Part shown: one piece after another, positions 26,664-34,225 of the stretch
How positions within the stretch are numbered: the first letter of the stretch is position 1
Layout of the letters: every line of letters begins with the position of its first letter
Assembly (NCBI GenBank): GCA_023487445.1
Contig: JAMDBQ010000006.1
Location: 4,157 to 68,156, forward strand
DNA length: 64,000 nt
Direction of reading: 5' to 3'
From: Candidatus Marsarchaeota archaeon
GTDB taxonomy: Archaea; Thermoproteota; Thermoprotei_A; Marsarchaeales; Marsarchaeaceae
The notes under the pieces: generated by a model
What the model was told of the DNA's origin: nothing
What the model saw: the letters and a program-made list of their open reading frames with translations, nothing else
Database searches by the model: none
Program-made: the position numbers and the translations under genes

Positions 26664-27524
26664 CCGCTTTGTCACCTTCGTTATGAGCTGAGCAGTAAGT
26701 AGATCAAACTCTCCCTTTGAACCAAGGAATTCGTCAGGAAACACTTTTGAACGAACCATAAGGGATGCGCAGGAGGCAGCCGCTGCAAGGGACTCGGCCA
26801 CGGATAAACCCCTAATCCTCGAAACATAGTAGGCGCATCCGAAAGCATCTCCCGCTCCCGTAGGGTGCCTCTCCGTAACAGGCTCGGGTTTGAGTCGGTA
26901 AACCCAGCCGCCAGAATAGACGTTTATAGCCTCTCTTCCAGAAGTCAGAACAACCTCTTTAACCTCTCCGCACCCCACAAGTCTGTCCACGTACTCCGTG
27001 TACCCAGGGACATCCTCAGTGGATATCTTAACCGTCTCGAACCACCCTGGGGTTAGGCTTGGAGCCCTAGGCTCGACAACTCCTTGCTTAGTGCACCCCC
27101 TTGAAAATCCTTGAGCGTCTACACAAACCCTAGTCCCCCTTAAAAGCGGCTTCAAAACACCCTCAGAGGCTTCGGAAAAGGTAAACGAAACGTAGGCGCA
27201 CCCCTCAGATACCTGTGCCTCCTCATAATATTTTGATGCATCGAGTCTGCTGAGCACCTTGAGTACTCTCCCCCACGGCGTATATGATATATTGAAGGAA
27301 GTCGTGGTCTGCTTGTGGTCCACAACCACCTGGCTAACGTCTGCACCTATATTTGAAAGGCCCCTAAGCCACCTAGGGCTGAAATCTTTCCCCACACTCG
27401 CGTATACAACTGGTTGAGCACCCATCCAAGAGGCTGCAACAGAGGAGTAGTAGGCGGGTCCCCCAGGAACATTTGCCCCCTCAAACACATCTACGGTGAA
27501 GCTACCTACAATCGCTATCTTCAT
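26655..27524 (-). CDS. PfkB/ribokinase-family carbohydrate or nucleoside kinase
   Basis: 289 aa; N-terminal IAIVGSFTVDV, GG dipeptide, C-terminal ..PTGAGDAFGCAY.. (DxxGAGD-type anion hole). Confidence 0.65.
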   Translation of the reverse strand: MKIAIVGSFTVDVFEGANVPGGPAYYSSVAASWMGAQPVVYASVGKDFSPRWLRGLSNIGADVSQVVVDHKQTTTSFNISYTPWGRVLKVLSRLDASKYYEEAQVSEGCAYVSFTFSEASEGVLKPLLRGTRVCVDAQGFSRGCTKQGVVEPRAPSLTPGWFETVKISTEDVPGYTEYVDRLVGCGEVKEVVLTSGREAINVYSGGWVYRLKPEPVTERHPTGAGDAFGCAYYVSRIRGLSVAESLAAAASCASLMVRSKVFPDEFLGSKGEFDLLTAQLITKVTKRSV

Positions 27525-27594
27525 TCAGTTGGCACTTTTGCGGGCGGCGACGCGTATCCGGGCTACGCCAGCTGATGGGTGATGGGCACCACGC

Positions 27595-27602
27595 TTATAA
27601 AA
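27595..27602 (+). promoter_or_regulatory. TATA box for rps26e
   Basis: TTATAAAA ~30 nt upstream of the TTG start at 27632 (short/absent leader geometry). Confidence 0.4.
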
Positions 27603-27631
27603 ACGCGGCTCTTCCTTGCTACGATTGCGTT

Positions 27632-27913
27632 TTGACCAAGAAACGGAAGAACCGCGGCCGCGCCAAAGGGTCAAAGGGTCACGCCGAGTCCGTTCAATGC
27701 GACGGATGCGGCGGATGGGTTCCACGCGACAAGGCGATACGTGTGACGAGAACAATCAGTCCAGTCGACCCCCAACTTGCGAGGGAACTAACCAAGAGGG
27801 GAACAGTTGTCCTGAAATCCACCGTTGTTAAAAGTTACTGCGTGAGGTGCGCGGTTTACATGGGTATCAGAAGTCCACGTTCACGTGATGAAAGGAAGAG
27901 CGAGCTTGGTTGA
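27632..27913 (+). CDS. rps26e: 30S ribosomal protein S26e
   Basis: From TTG 27632: MTKKRKNRGRAKGSKGHAESVQCDGCGGWVPRDKAIRV.. matches the eukaryote/crenarchaeal S26e N-terminus (..KKRrNnGRaKkGrGH...C..C...PKDKAI). The track ORF starts further upstream (27575). Confidence 0.85.
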   Translation: MTKKRKNRGRAKGSKGHAESVQCDGCGGWVPRDKAIRVTRTISPVDPQLARELTKRGTVVLKSTVVKSYCVRCAVYMGIRSPRSRDERKSELG

Positions 27914-27922
27914 TGTGCGAAG

Positions 27923-28258
27923 ATGGCTTACCAGAGGGCTGTGCGTAACACAACAACAAACCTCCTCTGGATATACGTTGTGGCCCTGCTGAAGAAAAGA
28001 AGAATGTACGCCTATGAAATAGGAAAGGAGATCCAAAGGGAGTTCGGGTTCAAAGTAGCTACCGTTACGGTGTACGCGGTGCTCTACAAGATGGAGCGTG
28101 AGGGTCTGGTCAAATCCGTTAAATCCAACGTGCTTCTCTCACCTTCCAGAAAGTTCTATGAGCTAACCCCTAGAGGAGCAAAGATATGGGGGGACGCCAT
28201 AGAGTACGTGTCAGCCAAGCTATTAGCCCTCAAAAAGTTTGCTGACGCTTCCCACTGA
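27923..28258 (+). CDS. PadR-family winged-helix transcriptional regulator
   Basis: ..LLWIYVVALLKKRRMYAYEIGKEIQREFGFKVATVTVYAVLYKMEREGLV.. typical PadR wHTH. Confidence 0.7.
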   Translation: MAYQRAVRNTTTNLLWIYVVALLKKRRMYAYEIGKEIQREFGFKVATVTVYAVLYKMEREGLVKSVKSNVLLSPSRKFYELTPRGAKIWGDAIEYVSAKLLALKKFADASH

Positions 28259-28336
28259 GTCTTTTTCTCCTGTAGATAAGTCTCTGCACCACTGTAAAAT
28301 TCGAGAGGATAGCTATCACCACGAATACGTACAACG

Positions 28337-28822
28337 CTATCCGGACAAACACGAGGCACTCATAAGAACAAGTCGCTCGGGCCTCTCTACTAGGCCTATC
28401 GAGCCGATCGATTTGGACCCCGCGGCTTCTAAACGCGCCCTTGTATAGCTTGTGAGAAGCGAACCCACTAACGCAGTCAACCCCACGACGTCGGGCAGCC
28501 CCAGGCCTATCCAAGCTGAGCCCATTATGAGTGCGTCACCGTATCTGTCCGCAACAGAGTCAAGTACTCCACCGAACTCGGTCTGAGTGTTGGTTAGCCT
28601 CGCAAGTGCGCCATCGAAGCCGTCCACTAGACCGCTCAAAGCCACCGCAAGTGCGCCTCCTAGGTAGAGGCGCTCGAGAATTAGCAATGCCGCAACAACG
28701 GACAGACCCAGACCCACGAGGGTAACGACGTTGGGGGTGAACCCCAGCTTAGCAAGCACCCTCGCACCTTTCGTAAAGATGCCCGACACAAGCGGCCTTA
28801 TCCTGTTCAGCATCTTTGACAA
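28337..28822 (-). CDS. CDP-alcohol phosphatidyltransferase (archaetidyl-inositol-P/serine synthase type); C-terminus apparently frameshifted into ORF 28230..28514
   Basis: Motif DGFDGALARLTNTQTEFGGVLDSVADR = D-G-x2-A-R-x8-G-x3-D-x3-D. The last TM helices and the ..TVVQRLIYRRKRL tail are encoded in the -1 frame downstream (see finding). Confidence 0.8.
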   Translation of the reverse strand: MSKMLNRIRPLVSGIFTKGARVLAKLGFTPNVVTLVGLGLSVVAALLILERLYLGGALAVALSGLVDGFDGALARLTNTQTEFGGVLDSVADRYGDALIMGSAWIGLGLPDVVGLTALVGSLLTSYTRARLEAAGSKSIGSIGLVERPERLVLMSASCLSG

Positions 28823-28985
28823 CCCATGTAGACCTGTTTATGAGTGTTTGGAGCTACAGCGGCACTCGAAAATCATCCCTGCCCACTGCTTCCGCCTCCG
28901 AATTGCCCTCCCTCATAAGGTGGAGCGACGGGTGAAACGCTTTTAACGGTTTAAATAAGAGCAGTCACATATATTATCCTGTAAG

Positions 28986-30119
28986 GTGCAGCGGTTGTCT
29001 CTGGTTCAAGCAATTGAAAGTTACTTCTCGGACACCGTGTTCGATAGACCCGTGGTGAATGTTGCCACCCAGAACTACGAGGATTTGGTGTCGGCGTTCT
29101 TCGCCCAGAAATTGAACGCCAAGGCCACCACTGTCTTCCTTCGAACTGGATTCGAAAACAACGGTTCACTAGAGATGATCAAGGAGTTCGCGGCTTCATG
29201 CGGCTGGCACTATCAGGTGTTCGACGCAAGCGAAAACTTCAGCCTCATGCATAGAAAGGTAGCGCGCCAAGATAAATATGACGCCTACCACAAGGCGATG
29301 CACAAAACCCTAGAACAGGTGGGTTCTAGGTTCAGGAGCAGCACGCTTATTTCAGGAGACCTTTTCAGTCCATCGTTCGAAGATACGAGCAGCGGCGAAA
29401 GATGCGTCAAACTCAGTGGGGTTAAAGTTCACACCCCGTTATGTAACAAGCCACTTTCTGCGTTGAACCAGGTCATCAATCAGATGGGACTGGACAGGCA
29501 TCTCCCAGTGTATCCCCTGTCACGCGTAGGTTTGGCTTCGCAGTGCATAGGTGAGATAACCCAGGAAAAGGTCGATTTGGCCGCAAAGGGAGATGAGCTG
29601 GTGCAGTCGACGATGGGGGGCCCAGTGCCAGGGAGGCATTCGTTTACCGCCGTCGCAGACAGCAAAAAGGTGAGACCCAGGGACAAGAGCCTTATGGAAA
29701 ACACGGTGTACAACTCTTTTAAAAATATTAATACATTCTTTACCGACATATTCGAACTGGAAGACTCTGTACCCACCGGTAAAACTGACGGACGCATGCT
29801 TCTCATAAACGTCAAGGATGATGCCGGCGACCAGTTCATACCAAACAGCGCTATGGTGATGGCACTCCAGCAGAGGATGGCTTCCTTAGACCACAATACT
29901 AGGGTGGGGTATTGCCTGAGCTCGGGTAACCCGGACGGAAGATACGTGATGATCGTGCGCTACTTTGAAAGCTTGGACTTCCGGGTGGCCATACCCTCCA
30001 CGAGGAATTGGAACAAGTTACAGGAAGCCGCCAAGAAAATAGTTGAAGAAAACAACGAAGTCAGCTCCTGCTTTGTGGATCTATCCACCAAGCCTCCCGC
30101 CAAGGTTGGATACCTCTAG
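28986..30119 (+). CDS. GMP synthase ATP-pyrophosphatase-subunit-like protein with degenerate catalytic motifs (putative pseudoenzyme)
   Basis: 377 aa; architecture and C-terminus (..VSSCFVDLSTKPPAKVGYL vs canonical ..KPPxTIEWE; ..LPVYPLSRVGLASQCIGEITQEKVDLAAKGDELV vs [11 protein letters not shown].GEvT.ekl..lr.AD) resemble GuaA-B. The PP-loop position reads VVNVATQNYEDLVS instead of SGGVDS. Confidence 0.45.
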   Translation: MQRLSLVQAIESYFSDTVFDRPVVNVATQNYEDLVSAFFAQKLNAKATTVFLRTGFENNGSLEMIKEFAASCGWHYQVFDASENFSLMHRKVARQDKYDAYHKAMHKTLEQVGSRFRSSTLISGDLFSPSFEDTSSGERCVKLSGVKVHTPLCNKPLSALNQVINQMGLDRHLPVYPLSRVGLASQCIGEITQEKVDLAAKGDELVQSTMGGPVPGRHSFTAVADSKKVRPRDKSLMENTVYNSFKNINTFFTDIFELEDSVPTGKTDGRMLLINVKDDAGDQFIPNSAMVMALQQRMASLDHNTRVGYCLSSGNPDGRYVMIVRYFESLDFRVAIPSTRNWNKLQEAAKKIVEENNEVSSCFVDLSTKPPAKVGYL

Positions 30120-30120
30120 C

Positions 30121-30297
30121 CTAGCCCGCAAGGCTGAGAAGAGTTGTCATAAGTAGTTGGATCGTAAACGCGATCAACCCTACTAAAAGTATTCCGATAA
30201 TAGATATCTTAAGTGAAAAGGAGAACTCTTTGCCGTCAGGTTTCCTCGCCAAAATTATTACGTCACGTACTTCTTTAAGCCTGCTTTTGACGGACAC
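30121..30297 (-). CDS. secE: protein translocase subunit SecE/Sec61-gamma (58 aa; missed by ORF track)
   Basis: Hand translation (GTG start): MSVKSRLKEVRDVIILARKPDGKEFSFSLKISIIGILLVGLIAFTIQLLMTTLLSLAG*. This has the ..rKP...Ef... motif followed by a single TM, as in archaeal SecE. Confidence 0.75.
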   Translation of the reverse strand: MSVKSRLKEVRDVIILARKPDGKEFSFSLKISIIGILLVGLIAFTIQLLMTTLLSLAG

Positions 30298-30401
30298 AAC
30301 CCCAATTAGGGCATTTGGGTGATAAATGCCTTACGCCATACTGCGACGCCGCCCGGCTTCTGTGAGTTGAATGTTCGTGCGAACATGGCTACGTCCTACC
30401 T

Positions 30402-30431
30402 TTGGATGCTGATTAATTGGATGCTGATTAA
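30402..30431. repeat. perfect tandem duplication of a 15-nt unit (TTGGATGCTGATTAA x2) abutting the dtdA stop codon
   Basis: 30402-30416 and 30417-30431 are identical; on the coding strand TTAATC also occurs just before the stop (..CGG TTA ATC TAG TTAATCAGCATCCAA TTAATCAGCATCCAA). Confidence 0.9.
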
Positions 30432-31214
30432 CTAGATTAACCGGACTGGCCACCCTTTTTCATCTGCTTTCTTCACCAGAGCAGTCCGCAAACTTCCGCG
30501 AAGCCCCTTCTTGTCTATGGTGACTTGGGTGGAGTATGGGCTACTATACATTGGAGCCTCCGATACGAGTGACAAGGTCTCGTCGCTGATCGCGTACTTG
30601 GAGATTATGTGGCCCACGCACAGCTTGTTCTCCACTGCGAATCTTGTGAATTTCTCAGCGTAGTGCAGCCCACCGTAAAAGGTTGAGGCAACGCACCCCA
30701 CGTCATTATGTGTGCCAAGGCCTAGTGTGACACAGCGGGCAACGTAACTGAGCACCTTATCATCGGTCCACTGCTCTGGACCCACACCTATCTCAACGAA
30801 CACCAAAGGTTTATCTAGGGAAGTGGGCCCGTGGTGGGTTGCCTCAAGCACAACTGGCAACGGCGAGACTGCGTCTGTTAGCTTGAAGAGTATCGACCCG
30901 ATCAGACAAGGTGAAGCCAAACCCAACTTCCTAGCCTCGCCTCCTAGCCTCGCCTCTCCGGTCGGATTACCGGTGGAGTGTAGGGTTATACATGGTACTT
31001 TGCCCGAGTGCCTCGACAGGAAAATGTACGAGTCGGCGGGGGGTAGGTCACCCCTATCCGCGTATACAGGCTCCTTATCAATCGTGCAAAAAACAGTGGA
31101 AAGTGGAGACACTTCTTCGGCGGCTCCACACTCCTCAACACTCCTCTCTAGGTAGGGGCGCATACACATACTCGCAGGGTCAGCGGTGCTAAAAACCAAG
31201 CAAACCGTGTACAC
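30432..31214 (-). CDS. dtdA: D-aminoacyl-tRNA deacylase, archaeal type (DtdA)
   Basis: 260 aa; ..LSRHSG...TLH.TGNP.. and ..EATHHGPT.. blocks plus ..GHIISKYA.. recall the archaeal DtdA family. Confidence 0.6.
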   Translation of the reverse strand: MYTVCLVFSTADPASMCMRPYLERSVEECGAAEEVSPLSTVFCTIDKEPVYADRGDLPPADSYIFLSRHSGKVPCITLHSTGNPTGEARLGGEARKLGLASPCLIGSILFKLTDAVSPLPVVLEATHHGPTSLDKPLVFVEIGVGPEQWTDDKVLSYVARCVTLGLGTHNDVGCVASTFYGGLHYAEKFTRFAVENKLCVGHIISKYAISDETLSLVSEAPMYSSPYSTQVTIDKKGLRGSLRTALVKKADEKGWPVRLI

Positions 31215-31223
31215 GACAACACC

Positions 31224-32126
31224 TCAGAACAGCTTCTTAACCAAGGCATCGACATCGAACGGCTCAAGGTCGTCGTAACCTTCACCTAGACCTACGGCGT
31301 ATACGGGTTTACCAAGCTCGGTTGTAACCGAGAACACCATACCTCCTCGTGAGTCGGCGTCGAGCTTCGTAACCACGACGCCGTCTATCCCCACCGCCTT
31401 GTCGAACATCCTGAGCTGGTTAAGGGCGTCATTGCCAACAAGGCCGTCGCCCACAAACACCTTGACATCTGGCTTGGCAACCTTCGATATCTTTTGCATC
31501 TGAGACATCAGGTCTGCATCTGTCTGCATCCTTCCCGCCGTGTCTATCAGTGCCACGTTGAACCGGCTCGACTTAGCTTCAGCTATGGCGCCGTACGCAA
31601 CCGAAGCGGGGTCAGCACCGTATCCGCCGTCAAACATTGCTATACCTATTCTCTGGGCATGCATTCGCAGTTGCTCGATTGCTCCGGCGCGGAAGGTGTC
31701 GGCTCCGGCAACCATCACCTTCAAACCATTCTCTTTCAGCCGATAGGCTACCTTCGCAATCGTGGTGGTTTTACCGCTTCCGTTAACCCCGAAAAACAAG
31801 ACAGTGCAGAACCCTTTCTCAGCCACGACACTTTTTACAACCTGAGAAATGTCAACGTGGTTCACAGACCGCAGCGCCTCGACAAGCGTTTCCCTTATCG
31901 TGTTTTCTGTAAGGGATTCTATGTCGCTGAACCTCTTGGCTTTAAGGGCGGAGAGCCTCTCCCTCAACCTGTTGCATATACTCTGGGAAACATCGTAGGG
32001 TACATCGCTTTGTATAAGTCGATCCTGGAGCTCCGCAAGCGCCTGTTCGACCTCCCTCTGAGACAGCCCCCGTGTGGAGACGGCATCGGCGAACTCGGAT
32101 AGAGCCTTCTTTAATGAGCCGAGCAT
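31224..32126 (-). CDS. ftsY: signal recognition particle receptor FtsY
   Basis: SRP-GTPase NG domain: GVNGSGKTTTIAK (G1), DTFRAGA, IDTAGR (G3), TKLD (G4). Confidence 0.9.
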   Translation of the reverse strand: MLGSLKKALSEFADAVSTRGLSQREVEQALAELQDRLIQSDVPYDVSQSICNRLRERLSALKAKRFSDIESLTENTIRETLVEALRSVNHVDISQVVKSVVAEKGFCTVLFFGVNGSGKTTTIAKVAYRLKENGLKVMVAGADTFRAGAIEQLRMHAQRIGIAMFDGGYGADPASVAYGAIAEAKSSRFNVALIDTAGRMQTDADLMSQMQKISKVAKPDVKVFVGDGLVGNDALNQLRMFDKAVGIDGVVVTKLDADSRGGMVFSVTTELGKPVYAVGLGEGYDDLEPFDVDALVKKLF

Positions 32127-32127
32127 G

Positions 32128-32505
32128 CTAACCCGCTTGCTGCAACTCTTCGGCTAGCCTCGTAATTTTGGGTTGAAGCAACTGCAGCCTCTGAAGGACA
32201 CTTGAGTATTGTTTGGCGAGCTCCTCCGTCTGAGACCTGACTAGGCCGAGTCTCTTGTTCAAGTATTCAGTCACCCCTGTGGGCGACATCTTTGCATAGA
32301 TGTTTTGGCCGAGCAGCACCAGGAGTTTGTCTATGGATCCCAGCCTCGAGGCAACCATAACCCCGCTTCCCACCGGCACAAGTGCCTCACGGTCAACAGC
32401 TTTCTCAGAAAGCTCTCTAACGCTTTCCATGGTCGTAAGGAGTTCCACTTCGGCCGCTTCGATTACCCTGATCTGCTGCTCTATGGCCTGCGCCACCGTG
32501 CCCAA
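32128..32505 (-). CDS. pfdA: prefoldin alpha subunit
   Basis: 125 aa coiled coil - beta hairpins (..ALVPVGSGVMV..LLVLLGQNIYAKM..) - coiled coil; conserved position upstream of ftsY. Confidence 0.75.
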   Translation of the reverse strand: MGTVAQAIEQQIRVIEAAEVELLTTMESVRELSEKAVDREALVPVGSGVMVASRLGSIDKLLVLLGQNIYAKMSPTGVTEYLNKRLGLVRSQTEELAKQYSSVLQRLQLLQPKITRLAEELQQAG

Positions 32506-32589
32506 GTATTCGTATTCGCCTGCAAGCTTTTGAAATAAAGCGTACTTGGCCTGAGGAGTTGTTGCTTCTGAAATAGCTTCTCGCCGCCT

Positions 32590-32831
32590 CTACTTCTCCA
32601 AATACTGGCGTATCAAAGGATCCGACACCGACTCGGGATCGGTTACTTCTTTAACCGACTCAACCTTGATCTGGTAGCGCTTCAACCTGTGTTTGCTCCC
32701 AGCAGCGAAAAAGTGTTCTCCACCGCGTTCATCGAGTTGTGAGCAATAACGTATTTTTGAAACGCCTGCCAGTCAAGAGACCTTTTCATCTCCCCGTGTA
32801 CCTCGTACACTTTAACCACTTTGCCAGTCAC
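32590..32831 (-). CDS. rplX: 50S ribosomal protein LX (L18Ae/L20e family), reading frame interrupted near 32698-32700
   Basis: Hand translation (GTG 32831): MTGKVVKVYEVHGEMKRSLDWQAFQKYVIAHNSMNAVENTFSLLG / frame change / SKHRLKRYQIKVESVKEVTDPESVSDPLIRQYLEK*. This matches the LX pattern (..f.V.G.f......F.k.v.A.n...A.E..ys.lGSkHr.KR..I.I). Length 242 nt, so one base is missing relative to an intact ORF. Confidence 0.75.
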
Positions 32832-32925
32832 AGCAACATCACCCTATAAGCCAGATTCGAGTAGTGTTTTCAAGCTCTAACTTAAGCCTATTCCGAAGCG
32901 AAGCGCCGCTGCTCAGCCACCTCGG

Positions 32926-33597
32926 CTACGAATCCGAAAGCCCCAGAGCAGACTCAATTTCGGCTAGTTCTACACCGGTGCTGAGTTGACCCACCAGTAC
33001 AACCTTGTCGTTGCATATGATTCCGCTTCTGACGTAAGGGTAGCCCCCGTTAACTGTGACCCGTGACCCCTCAAGCTTAGAGGTTGCCTGAATTATCTCG
33101 AATTCCTCATCCGTGGTCTCTGGATGGCACACGAACCCTTTGTTATTCATCGCAAGCGACGACCCAACGGTAGAAAGACCTGCCACTGTGGTCGTGAAAA
33201 CCTCAACTCCAAGGGTGTCCTCTATCGCTGAGACGAGGCTGCTGGGAACTCTGGGAGACGCATAACCCACTCTGGAATTTACTGCAACAAGGTTTCCCAG
33301 CGCATTCACCTTGGAAGTGGAGACGTGGACGTTCAGCCCCTTAGACCTGATAGCAGAAACTGTTTCTGGGTCAGCGTTGTAGGGTAACACCACTCCGTAG
33401 TCGTTGCACACGATCATTATACCAACAGCGGATATGTTTCCCAGATCGACTTCGAATCGCTCCAAGCCGACTCTGCCGGATACAGCGTCAAGCGACCCTG
33501 CGCGCCCCGCTCGGGGAACAAAGAGAAACCGGTTGTTTGCCTGTGCAAAAACACCTATGTTCTCGGTGTTAAACAGCTTGACGCGTTCGATCGTCAA
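32926..33597 (-). CDS. eif6: translation initiation factor aIF6
   Basis: 223 aa with the pentein-repeat pattern ..ENIGVFAQANNRFLFVP .. GNLVAVN .. VGSSLAMNNKGFVCHP .. typical of eIF6. Confidence 0.85.
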   Translation of the reverse strand: MTIERVKLFNTENIGVFAQANNRFLFVPRAGRAGSLDAVSGRVGLERFEVDLGNISAVGIMIVCNDYGVVLPYNADPETVSAIRSKGLNVHVSTSKVNALGNLVAVNSRVGYASPRVPSSLVSAIEDTLGVEVFTTTVAGLSTVGSSLAMNNKGFVCHPETTDEEFEIIQATSKLEGSRVTVNGGYPYVRSGIICNDKVVLVGQLSTGVELAEIESALGLSDS

Positions 33598-34064
33598 ACG
33601 TTGTCTCTACCGGTATTCAGGTACACGTACACTTTGTTTTCCTTGGTTTTCCCAACGTGGATAGATATTCTTCTTGGCGGCTTCTCGATGCTCCGTGCCC
33701 AAATATAATGATTAACCGCCTCGTCGAGGTGTACATCCTCACTTTTCATGTGTTTAGAGACAAATTTTCTGAGCAGGTTAACGGCGCGCTTGGAGCGATT
33801 GGATCTTCCAAGCCAGTACACCTTCTGTAATGGGACCACGTAGTCACGCTCAACTTCAAACTTGAGTTCTTCAGCCTCCTTCGGCTTGGCCTCTTCCTTG
33901 TGTTCCTCCTTAGCGGTTGAAGCCTCGTCTTTCTTCTCATCTATAGGCTTCTCGGGTTGTGCCTCTGGCCGCGACGCCTCGGGAGACGCCTGCTCTTCTT
34001 TAGACTCTTCTGCCACTTCCTTAGGCTTCTCTACTTGGGCTTGTTGCTCAGACAAAACCAACAC
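33594..34064 (-). CDS. rpl31e: 50S ribosomal protein L31e with a long E/K/P/A-rich N-terminal extension
   Basis: Conserved core ..ERDYVVPLQKVYWLGRSNRSKRAVNLLRKFVSKHMKSEDVHLDEAVNHYIWARSIEKPPRRISIHV.. preceded by ~70 aa of low-complexity sequence. No in-frame ATG/GTG/TTG lies between codon 17 and the core. Confidence 0.85.
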   Translation of the reverse strand: MLVLSEQQAQVEKPKEVAEESKEEQASPEASRPEAQPEKPIDEKKDEASTAKEEHKEEAKPKEAEELKFEVERDYVVPLQKVYWLGRSNRSKRAVNLLRKFVSKHMKSEDVHLDEAVNHYIWARSIEKPPRRISIHVGKTKENKVYVYLNTGRDNV

Positions 34065-34066
34065 CT

Positions 34067-34219
34067 CTAGGGATGAACCCCGCTTGATCTTCTATAGTTT
34101 CGTTTCTTGTCGTTACGCCTTAGCTTTCCGCCGGTTTTGGCAGTTACCCACACCGGAATATTCTGGTTCGACTTCATGTAGCTTCCAAGCCTCCTTTTCT
34201 TAGCATGCGGCTTATGCAC
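34067..34219 (-). CDS. rpl39e: 50S ribosomal protein L39e (50 aa; missed by ORF track)
   Basis: Hand translation (GTG start): MHKPHAKKRRLGSYMKSNQNIPVWVTAKTGGKLRRNDKKRNYRRSSGVHP*. This matches L39e (..KKrRL....K.N..iPvWv..KT......n.krR.wRR). It fills the gap between the PDCD5-like gene and rpl31e. Confidence 0.8.
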   Translation of the reverse strand: MHKPHAKKRRLGSYMKSNQNIPVWVTAKTGGKLRRNDKKRNYRRSSGVHP

Positions 34220-34225
34220 AGCCAA

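Noticed and set aside
32690-32705. Programmed ribosomal frameshift in rplX (and in the CDP-alcohol transferase)
   Set aside because: There is no slippery X-XXY-YYZ heptamer or downstream pseudoknot evident. Both shifts are single missing bases; the rplX one lies in a short G run and the transferase shift site is not pinned down. Assembly indels are the most economical explanation.
33864-33866. Internal start for L31e just before the conserved core (at LKFEVERDYV)
   Set aside because: The Leu codon there is CTC, not TTG/CTG. The next canonical codon (GTG in ..DYV) would remove the conserved ERDYVVPL block.
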